A stretch of 64,000 nucleotides of DNA from NCBI GenBank assembly GCA_913043205.1, contig CAJWLF010000001.1, forward strand, positions 128,032 through 192,031, given 5' to 3'. The position numbers and the translations under genes are program-made. This DNA is from an uncultured Chloroflexota bacterium. GTDB taxonomy: Bacteria; Chloroflexota; UBA11872; VXNJ01. A model generated the notes under the pieces. It saw only the letters and a program-made list of their open reading frames with translations. It was not told the origin of the DNA and did not search any database. This document shows, in pieces, positions 9,530 through 20,014 of this stretch (position 1 is the first letter of the stretch; each line of letters begins with the position of its first letter).

Positions 9530-9984
9530 ACACCGAGGTTTCTCTGGAGGACTGGCGCCAATTTCTCGATCAGTACCTAAATGAACTGATAGAAACTGCA
9601 GAAAAAGAAGGGTTGTGTGAGGTGGAGGTCAGAGTAGGTAACAAAGCCTTAGCGATCCGTATGGGACAACCTGTAGAAGATGATCTAACACTTCCTGCTG
9701 GACACGCTGAATCAACTATTATCGAAGATGAGGCAGCGAGTCTTGTGAGAGTTAAGTCTGGCCACGTAGGGACGTTTTACCGAGCGGCTGACACAAACTC
9801 GCCGCCTGCGGCTGAGGTCGGGATAGCCTTGGACAAAGGTGTAACGTTAGGTTTCGTTGAATCCTTAGACGTATGGCATCAAATCACTAGCGAATCTGCT
9901 GGGGTATTGAGACAGTTTTTGATTGAGGATGGTCAAATTGTTGAATACGGTCAAGTCATAGCGATAATCGATGCCACCGTCTAA
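9526..9984 (+). CDS. AccB/BCCP-like protein lacking the biotinylation lysine
   Basis: BCCP architecture (VKSGHVGTFYRA..IEDGQIVEYGQ) and efp-accB synteny, but ESLDV in place of EAMKM. Confidence 0.8.
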   Translation: MNTEVSLEDWRQFLDQYLNELIETAEKEGLCEVEVRVGNKALAIRMGQPVEDDLTLPAGHAESTIIEDEAASLVRVKSGHVGTFYRAADTNSPPAAEVGIALDKGVTLGFVESLDVWHQITSESAGVLRQFLIEDGQIVEYGQVIAIIDATV

Positions 9985-10907
9985 TTATTGGATCTGCGCG
10001 CATTGATTATTTTCGCTACTGAATTGGGCAGCTTCCGTTCTCTCCAGTCGTCCCAAGTGACTAGAAGTTGGCTAGCGGTAAAGATAGAAGAATATGTTCC
10101 TACTACTATTCCAATTAGTAACGCTAACACGAACTCGCGTATCGTGGGCCCGCCCAATATCAGCAGGGCGGTTAATACGAATATAGCGGTAAGCGATGTG
10201 TTCAGTGAGCGATCAAGGGTCTGGTTGAGACTGTAGTTTACTACTGCTGAAAAAGGCGCCTTGTTGTAATTCGATCTGTTTTCTCTAATTCTGTCGAATA
10301 CGACAATAGTGTCATGTACCGAGAATCCTACTACGGTAAGAACTGCAGTTACGAACATGGAATCCACAGATATACCAGCTAGAATCCCTAATAGTGAAAA
10401 GCTGCCGAGTAGGATAAGTGTGTCGTGCACTAACGCGACTATTGCTGCAATGCCAAACAGTACCGGATTGTCCACGTTGCGAAAACTCCAAGTTACGTAT
10501 AGGAGTATGGCTATTGAAGCTACTACAATTGCAAGGATAGCGTTTCTTGTTAATTCGGCTCCCACCACTGGACCGACACTACTGAAGGATAAAAGGGTAG
10601 ATTCTGGCGACAACTCCACGATTTTTTCAACTAGGGATTCCTTTTCTGCCAATTCCAGCTCAGTGGTTCTTATGAGAAAAGTGGAGTCTGCGCCTGTCTG
10701 TATTGAATACTGTTCCAAGTTCGCTTTGGCAAGAATTCTGTCTAGTGTATTGGGTTCACTGTTAGGGATGTGCATTCTCAATAGTGACCCGCTTGTGAAG
10801 TCTATTCCAAGAACTAGTCCTCTGGTAGCTAACATTAATATTGATGCTATGACTAGTGTGAAAGACAGATAAAAATATCGTTGCCTATGACTTATGATGT
10901 TAAACAT
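9981..10907 (-). CDS. secF: Protein translocase subunit SecF
   Basis: LGIDFTSG, SVGPVVG, ALVHD, GFSVHDTIVVFDRIREN, RSLNTS, GTYSSIF. Confidence 0.97.
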   Translation of the reverse strand: MFNIISHRQRYFYLSFTLVIASILMLATRGLVLGIDFTSGSLLRMHIPNSEPNTLDRILAKANLEQYSIQTGADSTFLIRTTELELAEKESLVEKIVELSPESTLLSFSSVGPVVGAELTRNAILAIVVASIAILLYVTWSFRNVDNPVLFGIAAIVALVHDTLILLGSFSLLGILAGISVDSMFVTAVLTVVGFSVHDTIVVFDRIRENRSNYNKAPFSAVVNYSLNQTLDRSLNTSLTAIFVLTALLILGGPTIREFVLALLIGIVVGTYSSIFTASQLLVTWDDWRERKLPNSVAKIINARRSNN

Positions 10908-12264
10908 CGGATTGAGTAAATTCTGACTTGGGTTTGTATTGGAAACCTAAAATATCGCGGCTGCTTCCCCTGCTCAGATGAACGATCAATAACATTATGG
11001 TGCGACTCACGGTTATCGCTGAGAACATACTTAAAAGGACCCCAATTGCAAGAGTCAAAGCGAAACCTTTTACTATCCCGGTCCCGAATTGCCAAAGAAC
11101 GAAGCAGGTGATTAGGGTCGAAATATTTGAGTCTCGGATTGAGTTCCAGGCCCGCTTGAACCCTAGGTCGACTGATCTTGCGAGGCTTTGACCGTTTCGT
11201 ATTTCCTCCTTAACTCGTTCAAAAATCAGTATATTGGCGTCTACGGCCATTCCTACAGAAAGAATAAATCCTGCTATGCCTGATAGGGTTATCGTTATTG
11301 GGATAATCTTGAACACAGCGAATACAAAAAGTGTGTATGTAACGAGAGCAATGCTAGCGACTAATCCTGGGACCCTGTAATAAAGAACCATGAATATTGC
11401 TACTAGTCCGAACCCTACAAATCCGGCCGTAATACTCTTGTCGAGAGACTCTTTCCCAAGTGTTGGTCCGACTGTAACATTTTGTATGACTTTTAGTGGT
11501 ACTGGAAGAGCCCCGTAGCGGAGCTGGATGGCTACCGCTCGTGCTTCTTCTGCACTGAAAGAACCACTAATTTGTCCTTGGTTGGATATACGCGCTTGGA
11601 TCGATGCGGTCTGTATAACAGTTCCGTCTACGGCTATGGATAGATATTTCCCTAGATTACTCCCAGTGTAATCAGCAAAACGATTAGCGGCATCAGGTTT
11701 AAGTTCAAATGCTACGATAGGATTGCCTACCTGATCAAAAGCTAAGCTGGCATCTTTGAGATCTGCTCCGGACAGTACGTCTTCTAGATCTTCTTGCCAT
11801 AGTGCCAAGGGCATACCTACTGGAATAGGCGTATTGCCTGAACCTACAATAGATAAGTGGCCCGTTTGGCGAAATAACTTGATTGCGTCATCTGGCCGGT
11901 CTATGCCGGGCAATTCCACTATTAGACGATCATCTCCTTCTCGTTGAATTACTGGTTCTGATACCCCTAATGCGTTCACCCGGTTTTCAATAATAGCTAA
12001 AGCAGCCTCCATGGATTCTGCATCTACTGTCTTACCTGGAGGCATGTCTGCTTGTAGCACTACATGAAGACCGCCCTGCAGATCTAGGCCCTGTTTGAAT
12101 TTTAGTTCGCTGAAGTCTCGTGAGCCGGATTCAACAGGGAAGCCGGGTGTGTTTGGTATGGCAATGTACAGAGCCAACATAGCAAGCGCGAATATTAGGG
12201 TTAGAGAGGTGAATAGTCTTTGTTTGCGCAGAAGGATAATCCTAGATTTGTAAGCAGTTGACAA
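10900..12264 (-). CDS. secD: Protein translocase subunit SecD
   Basis: GLDLQGG, RVNALGVSEP, LRYGALP, VGPTLG, GMAVDANILIFER, AWNSIRDSN. Exact start uncertain. Confidence 0.97.
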   Translation of the reverse strand: MSTAYKSRIILLRKQRLFTSLTLIFALAMLALYIAIPNTPGFPVESGSRDFSELKFKQGLDLQGGLHVVLQADMPPGKTVDAESMEAALAIIENRVNALGVSEPVIQREGDDRLIVELPGIDRPDDAIKLFRQTGHLSIVGSGNTPIPVGMPLALWQEDLEDVLSGADLKDASLAFDQVGNPIVAFELKPDAANRFADYTGSNLGKYLSIAVDGTVIQTASIQARISNQGQISGSFSAEEARAVAIQLRYGALPVPLKVIQNVTVGPTLGKESLDKSITAGFVGFGLVAIFMVLYYRVPGLVASIALVTYTLFVFAVFKIIPITITLSGIAGFILSVGMAVDANILIFERVKEEIRNGQSLARSVDLGFKRAWNSIRDSNISTLITCFVLWQFGTGIVKGFALTLAIGVLLSMFSAITVSRTIMLLIVHLSRGSSRDILGFQYKPKSEFTQSDV

Positions 12265-12298
12265 TACACATATTACTAAGTGTGTTCGATTGTCGATA

Positions 12299-12655
12299 TC
12301 ATGTCGTTACTAAGACTCTGCCTGCTTTTACCTTAACCTTGGCTGTGGCTACCCGTTGGGTTTCGTCAAAAACGCTATGCCCTGATTCCAGATCGAAATC
12401 CCACCCATGCCAGGGGCACTGGATAACTTCCTTGTCTCGGCGGTAAATCAAATTGCCCACTTTGCAGGAAACGGTGTTCCCAGTTAGCGTGCCAGCGGAA
12501 AGCCTTGCTCCTTGGTGAGGGCATGTATCTCTAACGGCAAAGAATCCATGATCGTTGCGGGCTATAGCATATGCGCGCCCATTTAACTCCACTCGCCGAA
12601 TACTATCTACGGGAAACTCTGCAGCGTTCCCTATGTCATGTTCGGTCGAAGTCAT
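12299..12655 (-). CDS. Rieske [2Fe-2S] ferredoxin
   Basis: CPHQG and CPWHG Rieske ligand motifs; overlaps the upstream amidohydrolase gene. Confidence 0.92.
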   Translation of the reverse strand: MTSTEHDIGNAAEFPVDSIRRVELNGRAYAIARNDHGFFAVRDTCPHQGARLSAGTLTGNTVSCKVGNLIYRRDKEVIQCPWHGWDFDLESGHSVFDETQRVATAKVKVKAGRVLVTT

Positions 12656-13736
12656 AAAAGTCCAGTGCCGTTCTGTGCATGATGTTTTCCCGCAGATCTC
12701 CTCTTATCACTGTTGGTATCGATCTGTCAGGGGAGTCAAAATCCCAATGCGGGTAATCGGTAGCGAACATAAGAAAGTCTTCACTACCGATCATTTCTAT
12801 GATTTGCAGCAAATGCTCAGGGTGTTCTGGCTCTTCCATAGGTTGGGTAGTGGCGCGGAAATGTTGACGAATGTACTCACTTGGATATTTTTTCAGCCAT
12901 GGTACTTCTTGGCGGAGCCCCCTGTAATTTTTGTCGAGCCTCCACATAAGAGGTGGCAGCCAAGCAAATCCACCTTCCACTAGGGCAACTTTCAAATCTG
13001 GTAGTGATTCAAACAGTCCTTCACAGACCATGCTGATTACTTGTGACTCAAAAGCCTGAGCCATTCCTGTGTGATCTTCAATGTAATATGATGGCCAACC
13101 TACACCAGTGATGGGAGTTCCTCCGCCTCCAAAATGAATTCCTACTGGGAGACCTACATCAACAGCCGCTTTAAAAATGGGCAAAAATTCCCGGCGTCCA
13201 TAGGGCGAATGTGATCTGACCAATAATAGTACCTGTATGAATCTAGGATCCTGTGCTGCACGCCTTATCTCATCTGCAGCTGAGTTAGGGTCTTGTATGT
13301 TTACGACAATGGAGCTTCGATATCTCGGGTCGGCGTCAAGCCACGTGGCTGCGGTCCATTCGTTTACTGCTCTAGCTAGTGCATTAGACAGGTCTATATT
13401 TCGTATCAATGAATGAAAATATAGAGAGTTCAATATTGCGAAATCGATGTTCCAAGTGTCGAGTAGTTGCTTTGAAGCAAATTCCGGGTCGGTTCCTGGT
13501 ACACCCTTTGGGGGATAGGCATCTCTTCTTGCAGCGTTGGCATACATTTTGGGGTAAATGGATCCCGGAGGGCCTGTGAAGCCGGATTGTTTGACATACT
13601 GCTTCCATCTGGAAGACATAAATGGAGTGAGGTCAAATATGCTTGCGGGGTAGTGGTGTATGTCTGCGTCTATCAACATTAAGTGGGACTTGTTAATTCC
13701 TTCAGTGCCTATATGTGGTTTTGGTGCTACTGCCAT
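12636..13736 (-). CDS. Amidohydrolase-2 fold protein, probable dinuclear-metal oxygenase
   Basis: [39 protein letters not shown]; coupled to a Rieske gene. Confidence 0.85.
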   Translation of the reverse strand: MAVAPKPHIGTEGINKSHLMLIDADIHHYPASIFDLTPFMSSRWKQYVKQSGFTGPPGSIYPKMYANAARRDAYPPKGVPGTDPEFASKQLLDTWNIDFAILNSLYFHSLIRNIDLSNALARAVNEWTAATWLDADPRYRSSIVVNIQDPNSAADEIRRAAQDPRFIQVLLLVRSHSPYGRREFLPIFKAAVDVGLPVGIHFGGGGTPITGVGWPSYYIEDHTGMAQAFESQVISMVCEGLFESLPDLKVALVEGGFAWLPPLMWRLDKNYRGLRQEVPWLKKYPSEYIRQHFRATTQPMEEPEHPEHLLQIIEMIGSEDFLMFATDYPHWDFDSPDRSIPTVIRGDLRENIMHRTALDFYDFDRT

Positions 13737-13857
13737 TTGTGAATCCTCTCACTCGTCTACTCAACAGCCATCAGCGCGATTGTTGTGTACTTTACCCTAT
13801 CTATGACCTCTGCGCTGCACCAGTATAGTTTTGCGTTTCACTGATTTGTTAACGGGG

Positions 13858-14853
13858 TTATTCGTACTGACGTACTAATGGTGGCAATCTATGAAGTAAT
13901 TCATAGGCTAGCCGGATGTTGCCTTCAGTAACATGTCCAATACAAAGCCCGAGAGGGATATTTAAGTTGTTATTGTGACAGTGATCAAATATCTGTTTTA
14001 GCATAGTTTCAATCATCTTGATGGACCGGTTACCAGTGCTACCGTCTTGCGCAAATATTGAGTCAATCATGTTATCGGGTGGACTTGCTCCTAGGGCGCT
14101 TATTACTTTTAGCGTGTGCCTTGACGCGATTGGGGCAACACTAAGGAATACTCTAACCGGTTCAATAGAGTGAGTTTCACACGTGCTACTGTAGGACTCT
14201 AATAGGTCGATCATGGTTGCGGTGTCGTAAAAAATCTGGGTTGTGAAATACTTGGCACCGGCACGTATTTTTCTGACCATTCGCATTGGCTCATCATCGT
14301 TTCCTGAAGCGCGGCGACTTGCTATCGCTATAGCTCCAGGGAAGAAGTTATATGCTTGTTTATTCAATAGGGACATGTAAGACAGAGCTTGAGTTACTGA
14401 CATACCTGGCAATCTTGAGTGTCGTGTCGAAGGGCCGACAACAACTATGTTTTGTATGTCTAAATCATTATGGGTTGATTTTAGCCAGTCTTGAGTGTCT
14501 TGCGTTGGAGTGTGTGCGAAGGGATGAGTAATTAAGGAATCCAGTTGAAACTGGTCTTTACATTCGTTTTTGACATAACTGGCAAATAGTTTTGCTCCTA
14601 CCCTTTCTGGTCGGCGGATATCTATCCCTCTTGCTGTCTCGTCGACAATCTCAGGTATATAGACTCCATGGACATCGCCATGAAACCCTTTTAGTGTGCG
14701 GGTTAATGCAGAGGCACTAGCCATTAAGGATTCCTCTGAGGTGTGTATTTCTGGAGGGATGAATTCGAATATTGTCACAGTACTGGACCGGTCCAATACC
14801 CGCGATTGAAAATCTGTGGGCATTTTATCCTTTACCTGTTCGTTGCGGATCAC
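13858..14853 (-). CDS. Methylenetetrahydrofolate reductase-like protein (divergent)
   Basis: IFEFIPP and KIRAGAKYFTTQIFYD match the MetF barrel; the LRGD motif reads VVVGP. Confidence 0.65.
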   Translation of the reverse strand: MIRNEQVKDKMPTDFQSRVLDRSSTVTIFEFIPPEIHTSEESLMASASALTRTLKGFHGDVHGVYIPEIVDETARGIDIRRPERVGAKLFASYVKNECKDQFQLDSLITHPFAHTPTQDTQDWLKSTHNDLDIQNIVVVGPSTRHSRLPGMSVTQALSYMSLLNKQAYNFFPGAIAIASRRASGNDDEPMRMVRKIRAGAKYFTTQIFYDTATMIDLLESYSSTCETHSIEPVRVFLSVAPIASRHTLKVISALGASPPDNMIDSIFAQDGSTGNRSIKMIETMLKQIFDHCHNNNLNIPLGLCIGHVTEGNIRLAYELLHRLPPLVRQYE

Positions 14854-14968
14854 AATTCATCCTTCAATAATAATTTTCCATCACCATGGATAGGTCATCA
14901 TGGGAAAGTTCAACGAGCTGTCTTTTGACGCAAAGTTGGCACATGGATGATCTGCAGAGAATAAGCGG

Positions 14969-16861
14969 TCATGTTATGGGCAGTATATGTTCGTAATCTT
15001 CGACTGATCCGCCTTGCATGCAACACTCGATTATTGCAAGGCCGATTGGGTGTAGGTCAGTACTTGCCCGGTAATCAGACAACTCTTGTTTAAAAAAGTT
15101 TTCTAGTATTTCTGCTCCCGCATCATAACCTTTGGTGCCCACTTCAGGTTGTGTGTCAACCTGGGTAAACCAGTTCGAAATCTGAGACCCTTCGATTTTC
15201 AGTTCTTTCAAAGTGTAACCCAGCAAGGGGCATCGTGATGGTATCAATTGGTCCTCTCTAAAATGGGCGCCGCTTCTTCTAGCCAGATATTCCCGTACAA
15301 GCCACTGTGCCATGAAGCCTGTTTTCCAGGCACCGATGTGCTGATTAGGAGATAGTGTAAACCGGGTTCGAGGGGTCGCCAGAATTTGTTCAAGGATTAG
15401 ATTAGCTTGATCCACACGGCGTCCGGTTGCGAAAGGCCAATAAGAACCTACCCCTTCGCTTTCCATGGTGTCATTTCCACCCAATATGCTTGGATTCGCA
15501 TGGCCTCTGGGAGCCACCATGCGCCATAGCCAACCTAAGGCAGGTGGCAAATAGTGCAGCATCCCTGCAATTCCATAGGTCGGGGTTTCAGCGGTGCATG
15601 CTGGCTGACGTATTCCGAAACTACGCACATCAATCTCTACGGATTCCTTTACGACGTTCGGCACTATGTTTCTTGGCAGTATTACGCGAGGATTAGGGCA
15701 TTTGATTCCGGGTGCATCCTCAGTTGCTTCCCAGATAAGGCAAGTCGCGTCGGGCACGGCAAAAATATTTAGAAACATTATGGGTACTGGTGGATGGGTG
15801 CATAAACTCTCAAGATATGGATCAACTCCGTAGGTGGAAATATGATCCACTCGAACAAACCAGGCATCTTCGGCATCCACTACAGCTAATTTACCAGTGC
15901 CAGTTTGGATTCCTGGATGGCATAATGCCATGTCATCGGTCACCGGTTGAAGAGTACAGGCCTGTTCCAGTGAAAGAAACTGCTGTTCTTTGGACACCGT
16001 ATTCGTACCTACCAACAACCGACCGTCGGCTTCTCGGTGCGCATATTCCAGCATTTCACTCTTACCACTACCACTGGCCCCCTCGTGCATGATTGTTAAT
16101 ACGTTATCGTATGGAGTTATTGCTTGAACGCTTGAACCATGTGCTGTAAGCCACTGTTCTTTCTCCCCGATATTGAGGAGTACAGCATAAATACCTTTCT
16201 TTGCACTAGGTCCCGGGTATAGGTTTAAGGCGAATATCTCATGCCCATCTGTTTGTCGATCATGAATAACCACTTGATTCCCTTTGCAGTGAGTATGTCT
16301 GAATGGAGGAGCTAAAAACAGAGTGGCGTAGGGACTAAAGTCTTCCGGTATGTCATTTGCCGGGATCATGTATTGTAGGTCTGCTAGGGCTGCGGCAAAA
16401 AAAGCGGCATTTGCAGGAGCCACGAGTAATGCATCATAACCAAATTCATTCCCTCCTGCTTTGAAAGCAACGACTACTAATTCGCGATTTTTGAGCCAGG
16501 TAAATACGTCTTTGCGTAGCTGATCGAAGCTGAAATCAAAATTTTCTTCGAGGCGGACCTTATCCGTTGGTAATTCGTCCGCTATGAACATGCTGTTGGG
16601 ATCTCTTCGCCGCATATACGGGTCCTCGAAATTGACCGCTATCCCATTGCGAACTCGTACAACGTTAGCCTCAGTGATATTACCTATTCCTGCGATCTCA
16701 TATGACACTTCGTATTCAGAATGTCCATCACCACCTAGTGATAATGAAATTAGGTGATCTCTGTCTCTTGCTAAAGACACTTTTGGTGATGCGTTCAGAA
16801 TATCTCGGACATGTTCTGGCAATCGTAAATTATCGTTGATTGTTGATTTGACTGAGGTCAA
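14969..16861 (-). CDS. DUF4914-like protein (PEP carboxykinase-like P-loop fold)
   Basis: YMRRRDP, NLYPGPSAKKG, HEGASGSGKSEM, VTDDMALC, CPNPR, GVGSYWPFATG. TTG 16861 after GGAG preferred over 16975. Confidence 0.75.
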   Translation of the reverse strand: MTSVKSTINDNLRLPEHVRDILNASPKVSLARDRDHLISLSLGGDGHSEYEVSYEIAGIGNITEANVVRVRNGIAVNFEDPYMRRRDPNSMFIADELPTDKVRLEENFDFSFDQLRKDVFTWLKNRELVVVAFKAGGNEFGYDALLVAPANAAFFAAALADLQYMIPANDIPEDFSPYATLFLAPPFRHTHCKGNQVVIHDRQTDGHEIFALNLYPGPSAKKGIYAVLLNIGEKEQWLTAHGSSVQAITPYDNVLTIMHEGASGSGKSEMLEYAHREADGRLLVGTNTVSKEQQFLSLEQACTLQPVTDDMALCHPGIQTGTGKLAVVDAEDAWFVRVDHISTYGVDPYLESLCTHPPVPIMFLNIFAVPDATCLIWEATEDAPGIKCPNPRVILPRNIVPNVVKESVEIDVRSFGIRQPACTAETPTYGIAGMLHYLPPALGWLWRMVAPRGHANPSILGGNDTMESEGVGSYWPFATGRRVDQANLILEQILATPRTRFTLSPNQHIGAWKTGFMAQWLVREYLARRSGAHFREDQLIPSRCPLLGYTLKELKIEGSQISNWFTQVDTQPEVGTKGYDAGAEILENFFKQELSDYRASTDLHPIGLAIIECCMQGGSVEDYEHILPIT

Positions 16862-17037
16862 ATTGACTCTCCAAGTATTTGTGTTGTGGACAATGAAATA
16901 GTGTGCGTCTCCATATTTTGACGAGGCAGATTGTGCAATTCTGGCCGTACTGTCATAACACGCCGGATAGGACAAACAGCACGCATAGCAAATCTAAGAA
17001 TACGCTAATTAATCCTTGCAAAACACCATTATTAAAT

Positions 17038-18498
17038 TTATTGATTAGTTTGGTCAGCTGTTATGGGCGGGATCCGATTCATATCTGATGCTCTTGGATC
17101 TGACCAGGATTGAGCAAAATACCTTTGATTTTCTTCAAGGCTTCTATCCAATCTGCCTAGTTGTCCAAATCCCGTTATCCCTAGATAACGTCCGTCTTTG
17201 TGTGGTTCGGCATAGTTGTCGAACCAATCTTCCAATACAGTCTTCAGGGATGCTATTTGAGCAACATGTTTTGAATCGTCGATCAAATTGTTGCGCTCAT
17301 CAGGGTCATTAATCATGTCCCATAGTTCGTTGGGTTCTCCTTCAAGCCTTTGAACATATTTCCAATCTTTAGTACGTACCATTCGAGTGCCACCAAACTC
17401 ATCAAAAACTACTACTGCTTTGGAAGCATCCAGCTCAGGCCCCACCAATGACTTGGAAAAATCCTTCCCGGGCAAGTTGGCACCAGGTGGAACTGGCAAA
17501 TCTACATACCCCAGTAGCGTTGGAAACATATCGTAGGAGCTATAAAGACCATCTAAAACTTGTCCGTTGACTATCGTGCCGGGCTGATTGAATATACAGG
17601 GCAATCGTACGGAGTATTCGTACATGTTGAACGGATACGTTCCATTACCCTTGCCCCATATACCGTGATGACCAAAATTGAATCCGTTGTCTGACGTGAA
17701 GATGATTAAAGTCTCGTCTCTGATTCCGAGTTCATCTAACCGCTGGATAATTCTTCCGACGTTTGCATCCATTGCTGTTACAGCAGCAAAATAACCCTTC
17801 AGCATTTCCTTGCCTCCCTTAAACTCTGTGGGAGATCCTGTCATCCATGGATGTGGTGTTTCTTGAGGGCAAGAGTCAAAATTACAATCGTCATATGAAT
17901 CGACTATGTCCTGGGGGTGTCCGTACCATGGGCTGTGGGGAGCTGTGTAGTGCACACTGGCGTAAAACCGCTGATCTCGGGCGGAGCAGTCATCTATAAA
18001 AGCCAGAGCGTCGTCTGTTATCAGGTCTGTAGCATAACCTTCTGGTTGTTCTAGTACCCCGTCGCGACTCATGGTTGGGTTTACATAACTTCCTCCACCG
18101 TATTGACGCATGTAGTACCTTGAGAACCCATGTTCGCCTAGTTCGCGTTCACCTAAATGCCATTTCCCTGACAGACTGCATTCCCAACCATGTGCAGCCA
18201 GGGTATCCACGTACGTTACTTCTCCATCGAGTAATGTTTCGGGCATCAGACCAGAACTGTCTTGTCTTATCCAATCATGGACACCGTGCTGTGAATTTAT
18301 TTTGCCAGTCAGATATGTAGCTCTGCTTGGCGAGCATACAGGTGAAGCACAGAAAAAGTTTTCAATACGCACACCGGTAGATGCTAAGGCATCGATATTT
18401 GGAGTGCGAATTTCCGAATTCCCGTAACATCCTGCGGCCCAAATAGCTTGGTCGTCGGTAAGGATAAATATGATGTTCGGTTTGCCCTTTGTCTTCAA
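17038..18498 (-). CDS. Sulfatase (Cys-type, formylglycine-dependent)
   Basis: NIIFILTDDQ, CSPSR, GKWHLG, APH, TSDNG. Confidence 0.95.
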   Translation of the reverse strand: MKTKGKPNIIFILTDDQAIWAAGCYGNSEIRTPNIDALASTGVRIENFFCASPVCSPSRATYLTGKINSQHGVHDWIRQDSSGLMPETLLDGEVTYVDTLAAHGWECSLSGKWHLGERELGEHGFSRYYMRQYGGGSYVNPTMSRDGVLEQPEGYATDLITDDALAFIDDCSARDQRFYASVHYTAPHSPWYGHPQDIVDSYDDCNFDSCPQETPHPWMTGSPTEFKGGKEMLKGYFAAVTAMDANVGRIIQRLDELGIRDETLIIFTSDNGFNFGHHGIWGKGNGTYPFNMYEYSVRLPCIFNQPGTIVNGQVLDGLYSSYDMFPTLLGYVDLPVPPGANLPGKDFSKSLVGPELDASKAVVVFDEFGGTRMVRTKDWKYVQRLEGEPNELWDMINDPDERNNLIDDSKHVAQIASLKTVLEDWFDNYAEPHKDGRYLGITGFGQLGRLDRSLEENQRYFAQSWSDPRASDMNRIPPITADQTNQ

Positions 18499-18568
18499 AT
18501 CAATCTCCTGTTTATCTGAGCTTAAATTTCGCGGTATTTCGCATACAAATAATCGTTACACGATACTG

Positions 18569-19990
18569 TTACTTGGAGACAATATCCTCTCTTCCAGTTG
18601 CCGAAGGCCCCACTAATGAGTGGAATACTTTGCTGTCAGGATAATTATTATCTGTTATCCGGTCTAATTGTCCTGCCCCCGTCACCCGAAACGTTTTGCC
18701 ATCGAACATGGGCTCGGAGTACTGGTTAAACCACTTTACCAGAGACTTTTTCATGGCAATGATCCTATCTCTGTGCTGTACATCATAGGCAAGATTGAAC
18801 TTTTCCTGACAGTCGTTGTGTAGATCATATAGCTCGTCTGGTCCAGTTTCATACCGATGCACGTATTTCCACCTAAGATCACGGATCATCCTTGTAGGCC
18901 CATACTCATCGTAAACGGTTACCGCCTTGCGGATGTCAATGCCATTTGTGGATAGAGCAGGGACAAAACTGTTTCCCGGCAGGTTGTCGGGCGCTGGGTG
19001 TTCCAAGTTTAAGTAGTCTAATAGCGTTGGCATAAGGTCATAGTTGCTCACTAGAGTTCGTCTGGTTTGCCCGGACGGTATTGATCCGGGTTGGCTAATA
19101 ATGAATGGTACTCGAATAGAGGATTCGTACATGTTCTGGGGATACGTTCCATTACCTTTTCCCCAAAAGCCGTGATGGCCAAGGTTAAACCCGTTGTCAC
19201 TGGTAAAAATCACCAAAGTGTCTTCTCGAATTCCCAATTTATGCAGATGAGCAATGATTCTGCCTACGTCATGATCCATAGCTGTAGTAGCGGCAAAATA
19301 TCCTTTTACTAGTTCGGCGTCTCCCATGCATGAATCAGTAAGATTGCGAGCCCATGGGTGGGTTTCACCTTGAGGGCAGGATTCAAAATTGCAGCCGTCA
19401 TATAGTTTCATATACTTTTCCGGGTGCCCTACCCAGGGTAAATGAGGAGCTGTATAGTGAATGCTTGAATAAAATGGTGTTTCTGAGTTGACGCAGTCGG
19501 TAATGAACTTAATTGCGTCATCTGTGATTGCGGTTGTGACGTAACCAGGTACTTTGGTAAGTCGTCCATTTTTGACCATGGTCGCGTTGTTGTAAGGCCC
19601 TCCACCTTTTTCATGTGTGAACCAATGGCTGAATCCATGTTGTGGGAGTTCACTATTTCCTAAATGCCATTTACCACTGATACCACAACTCCATCCATGT
19701 TTGGCTAGGATGTCTGTATAAGTGAGTTGACCTTCTAGATAACTAGTCGCATCGGGCCCTGTATTTCCGTTGCGAATCCAGTCATGCACCCCGGTTTGCG
19801 AGGCTATTCGGCCAGTAAGGAAAGTAGCGCGGCTTGGGGAGCATACGGGAGTTGAACAGAAAAAGTTTTCTATCATGACGCCTGTCGATGCCAAATGGTC
19901 TATATTTGGAGTGATGGCGTCATCGTTACCGTAACACCCAGTGGCCCATGTGGCTTGATCGTCTGTCATGATGAAAACTATGTTTGTCAC
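18569..19990 (-). CDS. Sulfatase (Cys-type), tandem paralogue of the neighbour
   Basis: NIVFIMTDDQ, CSPSR, GKWHLG, SDNG, WGKGNGTYP shared with 17038..18498. Confidence 0.95.
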   Translation of the reverse strand: MTNIVFIMTDDQATWATGCYGNDDAITPNIDHLASTGVMIENFFCSTPVCSPSRATFLTGRIASQTGVHDWIRNGNTGPDATSYLEGQLTYTDILAKHGWSCGISGKWHLGNSELPQHGFSHWFTHEKGGGPYNNATMVKNGRLTKVPGYVTTAITDDAIKFITDCVNSETPFYSSIHYTAPHLPWVGHPEKYMKLYDGCNFESCPQGETHPWARNLTDSCMGDAELVKGYFAATTAMDHDVGRIIAHLHKLGIREDTLVIFTSDNGFNLGHHGFWGKGNGTYPQNMYESSIRVPFIISQPGSIPSGQTRRTLVSNYDLMPTLLDYLNLEHPAPDNLPGNSFVPALSTNGIDIRKAVTVYDEYGPTRMIRDLRWKYVHRYETGPDELYDLHNDCQEKFNLAYDVQHRDRIIAMKKSLVKWFNQYSEPMFDGKTFRVTGAGQLDRITDNNYPDSKVFHSLVGPSATGREDIVSK

Positions 19991-20014
19991 AGCGCGTAGA
20001 AAGAGAGGCCGATA

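Noticed and set aside
14854-14968. SAM or THF riboswitch upstream of the MTHFR-like gene
   Set aside because: Only a short GTGCCAAC resemblance and a weak hairpin; conserved core elements are absent.
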